33,883 nucleotides of DNA from Candidatus Poribacteria bacterium (lineage in GTDB: Bacteria > Poribacteria > WGA-4E > UBA9662). Made by a program: the position numbers and the translations under genes. This document shows, piece by piece, positions 26,247 to 33,883 of the stretch; positions within the stretch are counted from its first letter, which is position 1, and every line of letters starts with the position of its first letter. The DNA lies in the NCBI GenBank assembly GCA_046582655.1, contig JAYGDX010000353.1, positions 1-33,883 of the forward strand. Direction: 5' to 3'. The notes beneath the pieces are model-generated. The model searched no databases. It saw only the letters and a list, made by a program, of their open reading frames with translations, and was not told the origin of the DNA.

Positions 26247-29141
26247 TTGCAGGCAATTCCATCACCAAAATCCAATCGTATTCCCAAACAGCAAGGGGAA
26301 ACTGTTGACCGCTCGGCCACCATTACTTTTAACTTTGATGGTCAAGAATATACTGCCTATTCAGGCGATACAATTGCTTCAGCTTTAACGGCCGCAGATG
26401 TCAAGATCCTAAGTCGTTCCTTTAAGTACCATCGACCACGCGGACTTCTCTGTTGTTCTGGTCATTGCCCAAATTGTTTGGTGCAAGTTAGTGATGAACC
26501 GAATGTTCGAGCCTGCAGAAGGGAGATAACTCCTGGAATGAACATTCGATCTCAAAATGCTTGGCCATCACTCGACTATGATCTCCTTTCCCTGACTCAA
26601 GCAGGATCACGGCTAATGCCTGTAGGCTTCTACTACAAAACCTTTATACATCCGCCGTTATTGTGGCCCCTTTACGAACGAATGTTACGCCAGGCAGCCG
26701 GGTTAGGTAAGGTTGATCCCAACACACCACCAGGCAAATTTGATAAACAGTATCTACATACTGATGTTGCGGTAATCGGCGGTGGTCTATCTGGTATAAG
26801 TGCAGCGCTCTCAGCTGCCAAACAGGGAGCAAGGGTAATGCTTTTCGATGGTGAATCAGCCCTAGGTGGTCACCTAAGGTACAATCCAAATTCATACTTA
26901 CCCAGCCTCTTAGAATCCCTTGGTCAACACGAAAATGTTACTGTCTTTACTGACACTACCATTCTAGGATGGTATAAAGACAACTGGCTGTCGGCTACTC
27001 AGGGAACTCGTCTGCTCAAAGTCAGATCCAAATCTTTGGTCATAGCTACCGGTGCTTATGAAATGCCTCTTGTCTTTGGAAATAATGATCTGCCAGGTGT
27101 GATGCTAGGTAGTGCCGTACAACGTCTTCTCCACCTTTTCGGCGTTTGTCCGGGGAAAAAGATTCTGATTGTAACAGCTAATGAAGATGGATGGCGGGTG
27201 GCAGCGAATCTCCGAACTGCTGGCCTCGAAGTGGTTGCCATTGTCGATCAACGATCTCAGAAAGATTGTAGTGGCTTGCATTTGAACGAATCAGTTACTG
27301 ATCATATACCTACCTTTTACAAACATACGATACTAGACGCAACTGGTACAAAATCAGTAAAGGGTGCGAAAATCGGACAGCTTGATTCCAACGGCAAGAT
27401 CGATCTATCAACTAAACGGTGGTTAGCATGCGATTTAATCGCCATTAGTGTCGGCTGGATCCCCGCGCTTGAACTATTTTACATGGCAGGCGGAAAAACA
27501 GAATACAATAAAGAAAGGTCAGAAATACTGCCGATAACCAGCCCTCCCCATCTCTATGTAACTGGGCGGGCAACAGGTACACATGCATTGGATCAACAAA
27601 TCGCTCAGGGTGAACAAGTGGGCTTGCAGGCGTTTAATTCCATAGATTCTGAAACAGATGGCCTTTTATGTAAGATACCCACTATTACCGATGAAACGAT
27701 CCGTACGTCTGCGCACCTAAACATCCCAAGTAGGAAGAAACAATTTGTCTGTTTCTGCGAAGATGTTACTGATCAGGATATAGAAATGGCAGTTGAGGAA
27801 GGTTATCAAAGTATTGAACTGCTCAAAAGGTATAGCACCGTTTCAATGGGCCCCTGCCAAGGGAAGATGTGTTCAATGAATACTATTCACCGTTGTGCTC
27901 ATGCCAACAATTGGACCGTACAGGAAACCGGTAAGACAACCGCCAGGCCTCCCCTAGAGCCGATAGCTCTAGGGACCTTAGCTGGACAAAACATGGACCC
28001 GGTACAATTGTCGCCAATTCATAATTGGCACTTAAACCACGGCGCCCAAATGATGGTAACAGGGCTGTGGCTACGCCCCGAACATTATAGCAATCCTAAA
28101 GATGAAGTTTTGGCTGTACGCGAACGGGTCGGTCTGATTGATGTCAGCACGTTAGGCAAGTTACAGCTGACTGGATTAGGAGTACCCGATTTGCTTGAAC
28201 GCATTTACGTTAATCAATGGCGTAAACTTCGTTTAGGGAGGGTTCGCTACGGTGTGATGTGTAATGATGAAGGAATAATACTTGATGACGGTGTTTGCGC
28301 TCGTCTGAGTAATGAAACGTGGTACATGAGTACTACTTCCTCTGGAGTAACGGGCATCTTTGAGTGGATACAATGGTGGTTACAGTCAGGTTGGGGGAAT
28401 GGTATCCATCTGACAAATTTAACTGAGGTCTTCTCTGCTTTCAACGTTACTGGACCACAATCCCGAGAAATGCTGAGCAAGCTAACCATCTGTAACCTCG
28501 ATAGCGATGAATTCCCCTACATGTCCGTTCGCATTGCTGAAGTCGCGGGGGTTCCGTGCCGATTAATGAGGATTGGGTTCACTGGCGAACTCTCCTATGA
28601 AATCCATTGTCCATCTGGCTATGCCATGCACGTCTGGGAATCTTTGATGCAAGCTGGAGAGGAATTCGGTATCCTGCCTTTCGGAGTCGAAGCGCAACGA
28701 ATACTTAGATTAGAAAAAGCACACATTATTGTGGGACAGGATACAGACGCTTTATCTGATCCGCTTTCAGCTAATATGGAATGGATAGTTAAGATGAACA
28801 AACCCGACTTTCTGGGCAAACGAGCCTTTACACGGATCACTGCTGAAGGCACCAAACAATTGTTAGTTGGATTTAAGATGGACTGTCCTGATATTGTCCC
28901 TGAAGAAGGCAGCCAGATCGTAAGCAAAAAACCGGGCAAAAAGATAAAAATTATTGGTTGGGTTACCTCTAGCCGTTTTAGTCCTACTTTGAACCAGGCA
29001 ATTGGGCTCTGTTGGTTGCCAACAGATTTGGGTAACCAGAATGGAACTTCGTTTACAATCCACCTGAATGAAAAATTAGAAAGGGCTTGTGTTCATCATG
29101 GGGCTTTTTACGATCCAGTAGGCGCACGGCAGGATGTCTGA
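26247..29141 (+). CDS. soxA: sarcosine-oxidase alpha-like subunit (MgdC) with Fe-S motifs and GcvT-like folate-binding domain
   Basis: GDTIASAL, SRSFKYHRPRG, GFYYKTF, DVAVIGGG, ELLKRYST, DVSTLGK and RIGFTGELSYE motifs; TTG start. Confidence 0.93.
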   Translation: MQAIPSPKSNRIPKQQGETVDRSATITFNFDGQEYTAYSGDTIASALTAADVKILSRSFKYHRPRGLLCCSGHCPNCLVQVSDEPNVRACRREITPGMNIRSQNAWPSLDYDLLSLTQAGSRLMPVGFYYKTFIHPPLLWPLYERMLRQAAGLGKVDPNTPPGKFDKQYLHTDVAVIGGGLSGISAALSAAKQGARVMLFDGESALGGHLRYNPNSYLPSLLESLGQHENVTVFTDTTILGWYKDNWLSATQGTRLLKVRSKSLVIATGAYEMPLVFGNNDLPGVMLGSAVQRLLHLFGVCPGKKILIVTANEDGWRVAANLRTAGLEVVAIVDQRSQKDCSGLHLNESVTDHIPTFYKHTILDATGTKSVKGAKIGQLDSNGKIDLSTKRWLACDLIAISVGWIPALELFYMAGGKTEYNKERSEILPITSPPHLYVTGRATGTHALDQQIAQGEQVGLQAFNSIDSETDGLLCKIPTITDETIRTSAHLNIPSRKKQFVCFCEDVTDQDIEMAVEEGYQSIELLKRYSTVSMGPCQGKMCSMNTIHRCAHANNWTVQETGKTTARPPLEPIALGTLAGQNMDPVQLSPIHNWHLNHGAQMMVTGLWLRPEHYSNPKDEVLAVRERVGLIDVSTLGKLQLTGLGVPDLLERIYVNQWRKLRLGRVRYGVMCNDEGIILDDGVCARLSNETWYMSTTSSGVTGIFEWIQWWLQSGWGNGIHLTNLTEVFSAFNVTGPQSREMLSKLTICNLDSDEFPYMSVRIAEVAGVPCRLMRIGFTGELSYEIHCPSGYAMHVWESLMQAGEEFGILPFGVEAQRILRLEKAHIIVGQDTDALSDPLSANMEWIVKMNKPDFLGKRAFTRITAEGTKQLLVGFKMDCPDIVPEEGSQIVSKKPGKKIKIIGWVTSSRFSPTLNQAIGLCWLPTDLGNQNGTSFTIHLNEKLERACVHHGAFYDPVGARQDV

Positions 29142-29143
29142 AA

Positions 29144-29845
29144 ATGTCAAATTTACCGATTAAATTAACACCATTGCATTCGGTTTCCCAGCAATGTAAT
29201 GCACAGTTAATTGAACATCAAGGTTGGAAAATTTCCCAAGTTTATACCACACTAGAAGAGGAACTGGAGGCTGCTCGGCAAAGAGTTGCAATTGCTGATG
29301 TATCACCAAACGGCAAAATAATGGTTCAGGGCAACCAAGCGCACGCTTTTCTGACAGCTACTTTAGATCTGCCTACGATTACCATCAACGCCGGGACTTC
29401 GGTCATGGATGTAAAAATCTATCGCCTACGAAACGATATCTTTTTCATCAGCACTTTACCTGGTAAAGAAGAAATCATTATAGAAAACTTGATGGCTGCA
29501 ACTCAAGAATCAAATCAATTTATCACAATCACAGATGTTACTCACGGACGATCGGAGATTATGATAGTTGGACCTGATAGTCAAGAACTACTGAGTAAAT
29601 TGTGTGGGTTAGACTTTCATCCTTTGGTATTCCCCGATATGACAGCTAAACAAAGCAGTTTCGCCAAAACAATCCAGTTGATTATCCGCCGAGACATCCT
29701 TGGCTTAACTGCGTTTTCTGTTATTGGAGCAAGATCCTTGGGCGAGTACCTTTGGCATACTATTATTGAGGCTGGATATGAATGGGACATAACACTGATA
29801 GGCCAATTGGCTTTAAACACCTTGCAAGAACAATCGTCTAAATAA
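29144..29845 (+). CDS. soxG: sarcosine-oxidase gamma-like / GcvT-like subunit (MgdD)
   Basis: ATG 2 bp after the soxA stop; KLTPLH, ADVSPNGK, ITDVTHG, LLSKLCGLDFHP and RSLGEYLW motifs. Confidence 0.85.
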   Translation: MSNLPIKLTPLHSVSQQCNAQLIEHQGWKISQVYTTLEEELEAARQRVAIADVSPNGKIMVQGNQAHAFLTATLDLPTITINAGTSVMDVKIYRLRNDIFFISTLPGKEEIIIENLMAATQESNQFITITDVTHGRSEIMIVGPDSQELLSKLCGLDFHPLVFPDMTAKQSSFAKTIQLIIRRDILGLTAFSVIGARSLGEYLWHTIIEAGYEWDITLIGQLALNTLQEQSSK

Positions 29846-29856
29846 AGGAGACTAAC

Positions 29857-31191
29857 ATGACTCTAGATCAAGTTAAATCACTCGTCAACGAAAATGGTAT
29901 CGAGTTTTTTCTCTGTTCTTTTGTAGAAATGAGTGGAGCTCCAAAAGCAAAAGTGGTTCCAGCAACCCACTTGGACGACATGGCAACTGAAGGAGCAGGT
30001 TTTGCTGGCTTTGCTGCCGGAGAAATGGGGCAAGGCCCACACGATCCTGACATGGCAAGTATCCCGGATTTTGACTCTCTAACGATTGTTCCCTGGCGCA
30101 AAAATGTGGCCTGGGTGACAGGGAACGTGCAGGTGAATGATCAACCATGGCCCTATTGTCCCCGAACTATTCTGCAACGCCAGTTGGAAAATTCTAAACA
30201 GAAAGGTTATATTTTCAACGTGGGCGTTGAGGCAGAATTTATGCTACTAAAAGGTGATGAAAATGGTCGTTACGCGCCGTGGGATTCTCTTGATACTTTG
30301 GAAAAACCTTGCTATGACTTGCAGTCATTACACCGAAACCTTGACGTAATGATGACTCTGATCAAATACATGCAAGAATTGGGCTGGTCCCCTTATGCTA
30401 ATGATCACGAAGATGCTAACTGCCAGTTCGAAATTAACTGGGTCTATTCCGATGCCCTAACCACCGCCGACCGGCATACCTTCTATAAATGGATGGTAAA
30501 AACAATTGCTGAGGAACAGGGTCTACTGGCAACTTTCATGCCTAAACCATTTGCTAACTTGACTGGCAACGGAGCACATCTGCATATGAGTCTATGGGAC
30601 GAGGAAAATCAAGAAAATCTGTTCCTTGACCAAGAGGACAGAAATGGATTATCACAGCTTGCTTATTGGTTTATGGGAGGTATTCTTAAACACGCTAAAG
30701 CTCTGGCCGCGGTAGCCGATCCCCTTGTTAACAGTTATAAGCGTCTGATTAGTGGGGCACCCCGATCGGGGGCAACCTGGGCTCCGGTTTATATCACTTA
30801 TGGCGGCAGTAATCGTACACAGATGGTACGTATTCCTGCACCGGGCCGAATTGAAAACAGATCGGCAGATGGCGCAGCTAACCCCTATTTGGTAATGGCA
30901 GCCATGCTTGCCGCAGGCTTGGACGGCATTGAAAACAAGATCGACCCGGGGGAGCGGAATGACGATAACCTCTATGAAGTTTTAGAAGATGAACTTCGGC
31001 GGCGTGAGATTGGTGTTTTACCCAGATCGCTAAAAGAAGCTGTAGACTGTTTAGAAGCTGATGAAGTCATTAAACAAGCGTTGGGATCTGAATATGCTGA
31101 TTATTACATACAGGTCAAAAACGAAGAGTGGCGTCAATATCACAATACAGTTAGCAAATGGGAATCTGATAACTATCTTGGTCTGTACTGA
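29857..31191 (+). CDS. gmaS: glutamate-methylamine ligase (gamma-glutamylmethylamide synthetase; GlnT/type III GS-like)
   Basis: KAKVVP, GAGFAGFA, PCYD, YANDHEDANCQFEINW, TFMPKPF..LTGNG.H and SGATWAP motifs of the GlnT/GmaS subfamily; clustered with mgs/mgd; AAGGAG RBS. Confidence 0.9.
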   Translation: MTLDQVKSLVNENGIEFFLCSFVEMSGAPKAKVVPATHLDDMATEGAGFAGFAAGEMGQGPHDPDMASIPDFDSLTIVPWRKNVAWVTGNVQVNDQPWPYCPRTILQRQLENSKQKGYIFNVGVEAEFMLLKGDENGRYAPWDSLDTLEKPCYDLQSLHRNLDVMMTLIKYMQELGWSPYANDHEDANCQFEINWVYSDALTTADRHTFYKWMVKTIAEEQGLLATFMPKPFANLTGNGAHLHMSLWDEENQENLFLDQEDRNGLSQLAYWFMGGILKHAKALAAVADPLVNSYKRLISGAPRSGATWAPVYITYGGSNRTQMVRIPAPGRIENRSADGAANPYLVMAAMLAAGLDGIENKIDPGERNDDNLYEVLEDELRRREIGVLPRSLKEAVDCLEADEVIKQALGSEYADYYIQVKNEEWRQYHNTVSKWESDNYLGLY

Positions 31192-31256
31192 CCCTTGATG
31201 CTGGATAGATCTATATTGAGTGGAAATTTACCAGCTTCACAGTAAACAGTATAAGG

Positions 31257-32420
31257 ATGCAGTTGAGATCTGACTTAATGGAAAAACTTAAAAATTTACT
31301 TTTTAAGATCGTTTTTTGTACAATCATAGTGGAAAGTTTTTGTGCTTTACTCGTTGGGTATAGTGAACCAATTTCTAATGGTTTTAATTGGCCAAGCTTT
31401 CGCGGAAACCAACAGTTAACAGGAGTTGCTAAGAGTAAACTTCCTGCTGATATAGAGTTGTTGTGGACATTTGAAACAGAGGACGCAATTGAGTCGACCG
31501 CAGCCATATATGCCGGTATCGTTTACGTTGGATCGTTAGATGGTTATCTTTATGCTGTCAACCTGGACACAGGTCAAGTCAAATGGAAATATCAGGCTAC
31601 AGATGAAATAAAATCGTCGCCGTCTGTATCCGAAAATACTATTTATTTTGGTGATGAGCAGGGCATTTTTCATGCGGTTGACATTCAAACTAACCAACAA
31701 AAATGGATTTTCCAGGCAGATGCTAGCATTATTTCATCAGCCAATTTTATCGATGACCGGGTACTATTTGGCTCATACGACCAATACCTGTATTGTCTTG
31801 AGGCAAAGACTGGTTCTTTGATCTGGAAGTTCGAAACTGAAGGTTATGTTCACGGAACACCTGCGATTGTGGATAATCTTGTGGCCGTTTCAGGTTGCGA
31901 TGGTTATCTGCGTATAATCAACACCCAAGATGGTGTTGAAAATTGTCGGATTCTTTTAGGCGATTACGTTATAGCCAGTCCTGCTATATACAGCCACAAT
32001 GCTTATATGGGAACATATGGCAATCAAGTGATTGCAGTTGATTTGAAGGCAGGTAAAATTCTCTGGAGGTATGAGCATCCAGTAAGGCAATTTCCGTTCT
32101 ATGCTTCAGCAGCCGTGACAGAAAATGTCGTTATTGTTGGAGGTCGCGACAAGATAGTTCATGCACTGCAACCAAAATCGGGAAACCTGATTTGGACTTA
32201 CGCAACCAAATCTCAGATTGAGTCCTCGCCAGTTATTGTGGATGACCGCGTCATCTTTGGTACATCGGCGGGAAATCTTTACGCGTTAGCAATCGATTCA
32301 GGCGAACCTGTTTGGAAATTCACAATCGGATCGCCTATTACCGCATCTCCAAGCGTGGCATCAGGTAAACTCGTTATAGGTGCCACTAATGGTGTACTAT
32401 ACTGTTTTGGGGAGAAATAA
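31257..32420 (+). CDS. secreted PQQ-like (BamB-like) beta-propeller repeat protein
   Basis: Hydrophobic leader, NWPSFRGN..LTG and about 8 regular blades (IESTAAI, IKSSPSV, IASPAI, IESSPVI, ITASPSV); alternative ATG at 31278. Confidence 0.92.
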   Translation: MQLRSDLMEKLKNLLFKIVFCTIIVESFCALLVGYSEPISNGFNWPSFRGNQQLTGVAKSKLPADIELLWTFETEDAIESTAAIYAGIVYVGSLDGYLYAVNLDTGQVKWKYQATDEIKSSPSVSENTIYFGDEQGIFHAVDIQTNQQKWIFQADASIISSANFIDDRVLFGSYDQYLYCLEAKTGSLIWKFETEGYVHGTPAIVDNLVAVSGCDGYLRIINTQDGVENCRILLGDYVIASPAIYSHNAYMGTYGNQVIAVDLKAGKILWRYEHPVRQFPFYASAAVTENVVIVGGRDKIVHALQPKSGNLIWTYATKSQIESSPVIVDDRVIFGTSAGNLYALAIDSGEPVWKFTIGSPITASPSVASGKLVIGATNGVLYCFGEK

Positions 32421-32424
32421 TACT

Positions 32425-33777
32425 ATGGATAGAAATGTCGAAGCGACTAAACCCGAACCGGCAACAACAAGAAATGAATCACGGGAAACAGAGATTGGAA
32501 GCGTTTTTGTTTCAAATTATCCCCCTTACTCATTCTGGTCGGAAAAGAATCTGCCAAAAGTTGAAAATGTCCTGAAGTCTCCTCCCAATATAGACACAGA
32601 TCTCGGACTTTATCTTCACATCCCTTTCTGCCGAAAGCGGTGCAAATTCTGTTATTTTCGGGTATACGTGGATAAAAATAGTTCTGAGATTGAAACTTAC
32701 CTTGATCTACTGGTAAGAGAGGTTGAACTTTACAGTCAGGTTGAAGCCGTAAAAGGACGGTCATTAAAGTTCGTCTATTTCGGTGGTGGAACACCATCTT
32801 ATATTAGCAGCAAGCATTTAGATCAGCTTGCAAAACGACTCAAATCAGTGATGTCTTGGGAAAGCGCCCAAGAGGTTGCTTTCGAATGCGAACCTGGAAC
32901 GTTGACACAAAGCAAATTACAAACTATTCGTGAGATCGGAGTTACTCGGTTGAGCCTTGGCGTTGAAAACCTAAATGATACCATTTTGATAGAAAATGGC
33001 AGGGCCCATTCAACAAAGGAGGTCTATCGAGTAATCCCGTGGATCCACGATTTGGAGTTTAACCAGTTAAACATCGATTTGATTGCCGGAATGGTTGGTG
33101 AAACATGGGAAAGCTGGAAGGACACAGTCAAACGGACTATTGATCTAAACCCTGATAGTATCACAGTTTACCAAATGGAGTTACCATTCAACACCGTTTA
33201 CTCTAAAGAAATTCTCGGTAATGACAATGCAGGAACGCGAGTTGCCGATTGGAAAACGAAAAGGGAATGGCATAATTTCGCTTTTGAACAGTTTGAAGCA
33301 GCAGACTATCAGATTTCAAGCGCTTACACTATGGTTAAGAAAACCAAGCCGTCTCATTTTGTGTATCGAAATGCTGTTTGGCACAGCAGCGATCTGCTTG
33401 GTACTGGAGTTGCATCCTTTTCACATATCAATGGTGTTCACTTTCAAAACCTTACCGACTGGAAATCATACATCAACTCTCTGGATGCAAACCATCTTCC
33501 CCTAGGACGCGCGCTACCAACCAGCAAATCAGAAAAACTAATCCGTGAGATGATTCTACAGCTTAAACTTGGTCGAATTAAAACAACATATTTTCTAGAA
33601 AAATTTGGCGTCAACATTTTAGAGGAATTTGCAGCAGGTTATAGCAAACTTCAGGGTGAAGGTATGCTGACGTTCACTGAAGATCAAGTCATATTAACCC
33701 GAAAAGGATTGCTTCAAGTCGACCAACTATTACCCGAATTCTATGATATGAAATATCGCAATTCACGCTATACCTAG
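32425..33777 (+). CDS. HemN-like radical SAM enzyme (function unknown)
   Basis: ATG at 32425 after a GGAG RBS (ORF track starts at 32380). LYLHIPFCRKRCKFC (CxxxCxxC), YFGGGTPS, RLSLGVE, NIDLIAG and a HemN_C-like tail LTRKG. Confidence 0.92.
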   Translation: MDRNVEATKPEPATTRNESRETEIGSVFVSNYPPYSFWSEKNLPKVENVLKSPPNIDTDLGLYLHIPFCRKRCKFCYFRVYVDKNSSEIETYLDLLVREVELYSQVEAVKGRSLKFVYFGGGTPSYISSKHLDQLAKRLKSVMSWESAQEVAFECEPGTLTQSKLQTIREIGVTRLSLGVENLNDTILIENGRAHSTKEVYRVIPWIHDLEFNQLNIDLIAGMVGETWESWKDTVKRTIDLNPDSITVYQMELPFNTVYSKEILGNDNAGTRVADWKTKREWHNFAFEQFEAADYQISSAYTMVKKTKPSHFVYRNAVWHSSDLLGTGVASFSHINGVHFQNLTDWKSYINSLDANHLPLGRALPTSKSEKLIREMILQLKLGRIKTTYFLEKFGVNILEEFAAGYSKLQGEGMLTFTEDQVILTRKGLLQVDQLLPEFYDMKYRNSRYT

Positions 33778-33806
33778 ACCAGCAGGAAAAAAGAAAGATA
33801 TAAGTA

Positions 33807-33883
33807 ATGAAACAACCCTTTTTCGCACAAATATTTGTATTTATTTTTCTCAGTGTTTTGATACACACCCACGCTGAAAATCA
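33807..33883 (+). CDS. 5' end of a probable secreted protein (partial)
   Basis: ATG at 33807 reads MKQPFFAQIFVFIFLSVLIHTHAEN... and stays open to the window edge; signal-peptide-like. Confidence 0.55.
   Translation, partial: MKQPFFAQIFVFIFLSVLIHTHAEN

Noticed and set aside
25993..26388. 131-aa alternate-frame ORF over soxD/soxA, and the many other short nested ORFs in the track
   Set aside because: They fully overlap well-supported genes and have no recognisable motifs.
20869..31191. Ordinary glutamate synthase, sarcosine oxidase and glutamine synthetase (glnA) annotations
   Set aside because: The split GlxB/C/D architecture, GlnT/GmaS-specific motifs and co-clustering fit the N-methylglutamate pathway better.
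20842..31256. Mobile element boundaries around the methylamine block
   Set aside because: No integrase, transposase or tRNA is present. The only shared junction word noticed (ATAGAT) is too short to be meaningful.

Overview
This is a gene-dense bacterial window of moderate-to-low GC. Its gene families (many PQQ-like beta-propellers, PhyH dioxygenases, Gfo/Idh/MocA, enolase-superfamily and FGE-sulfatase proteins) and a C-terminal 'K/R-L/I-x-x-x-W-x-x-L-K' tail on secreted proteins suggest Candidatus Poribacteria; this assignment is an inference. Left part (1-12100): a frameshifted beta-propeller gene running off the left edge, two tandem paralogous secreted proteins, a TPR-glycosyltransferase with 102-bp tandem repeats, a DegT-family aminotransferase and a dehydrogenase remnant. 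These are followed by catabolic-type enzymes, including a PhyH-fold protein with a halogenase-like HxG iron motif. From 12186 to the right edge all genes are on the + strand with short gaps, and two modules are interleaved. Module 1 is uncharacterised: four secreted beta-propellers, an EhpF-like adenylating enzyme, an EhpG/LuxC-like aldehyde-dehydrogenase-fold reductase, an Fe-alcohol dehydrogenase and a HemN-like radical SAM enzyme. It is the best candidate here for an undescribed system. Module 2 is nested inside it: a complete N-methylglutamate (methylamine utilisation) pathway, glxBCD/mgsABC - soxBDAG/mgdABCD - gmaS, with a sulfotransferase gene between soxB and soxD. No rRNA, tRNA, CRISPR array or mobile-element gene was seen. 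All family calls come from motif recognition; no database searches were run.
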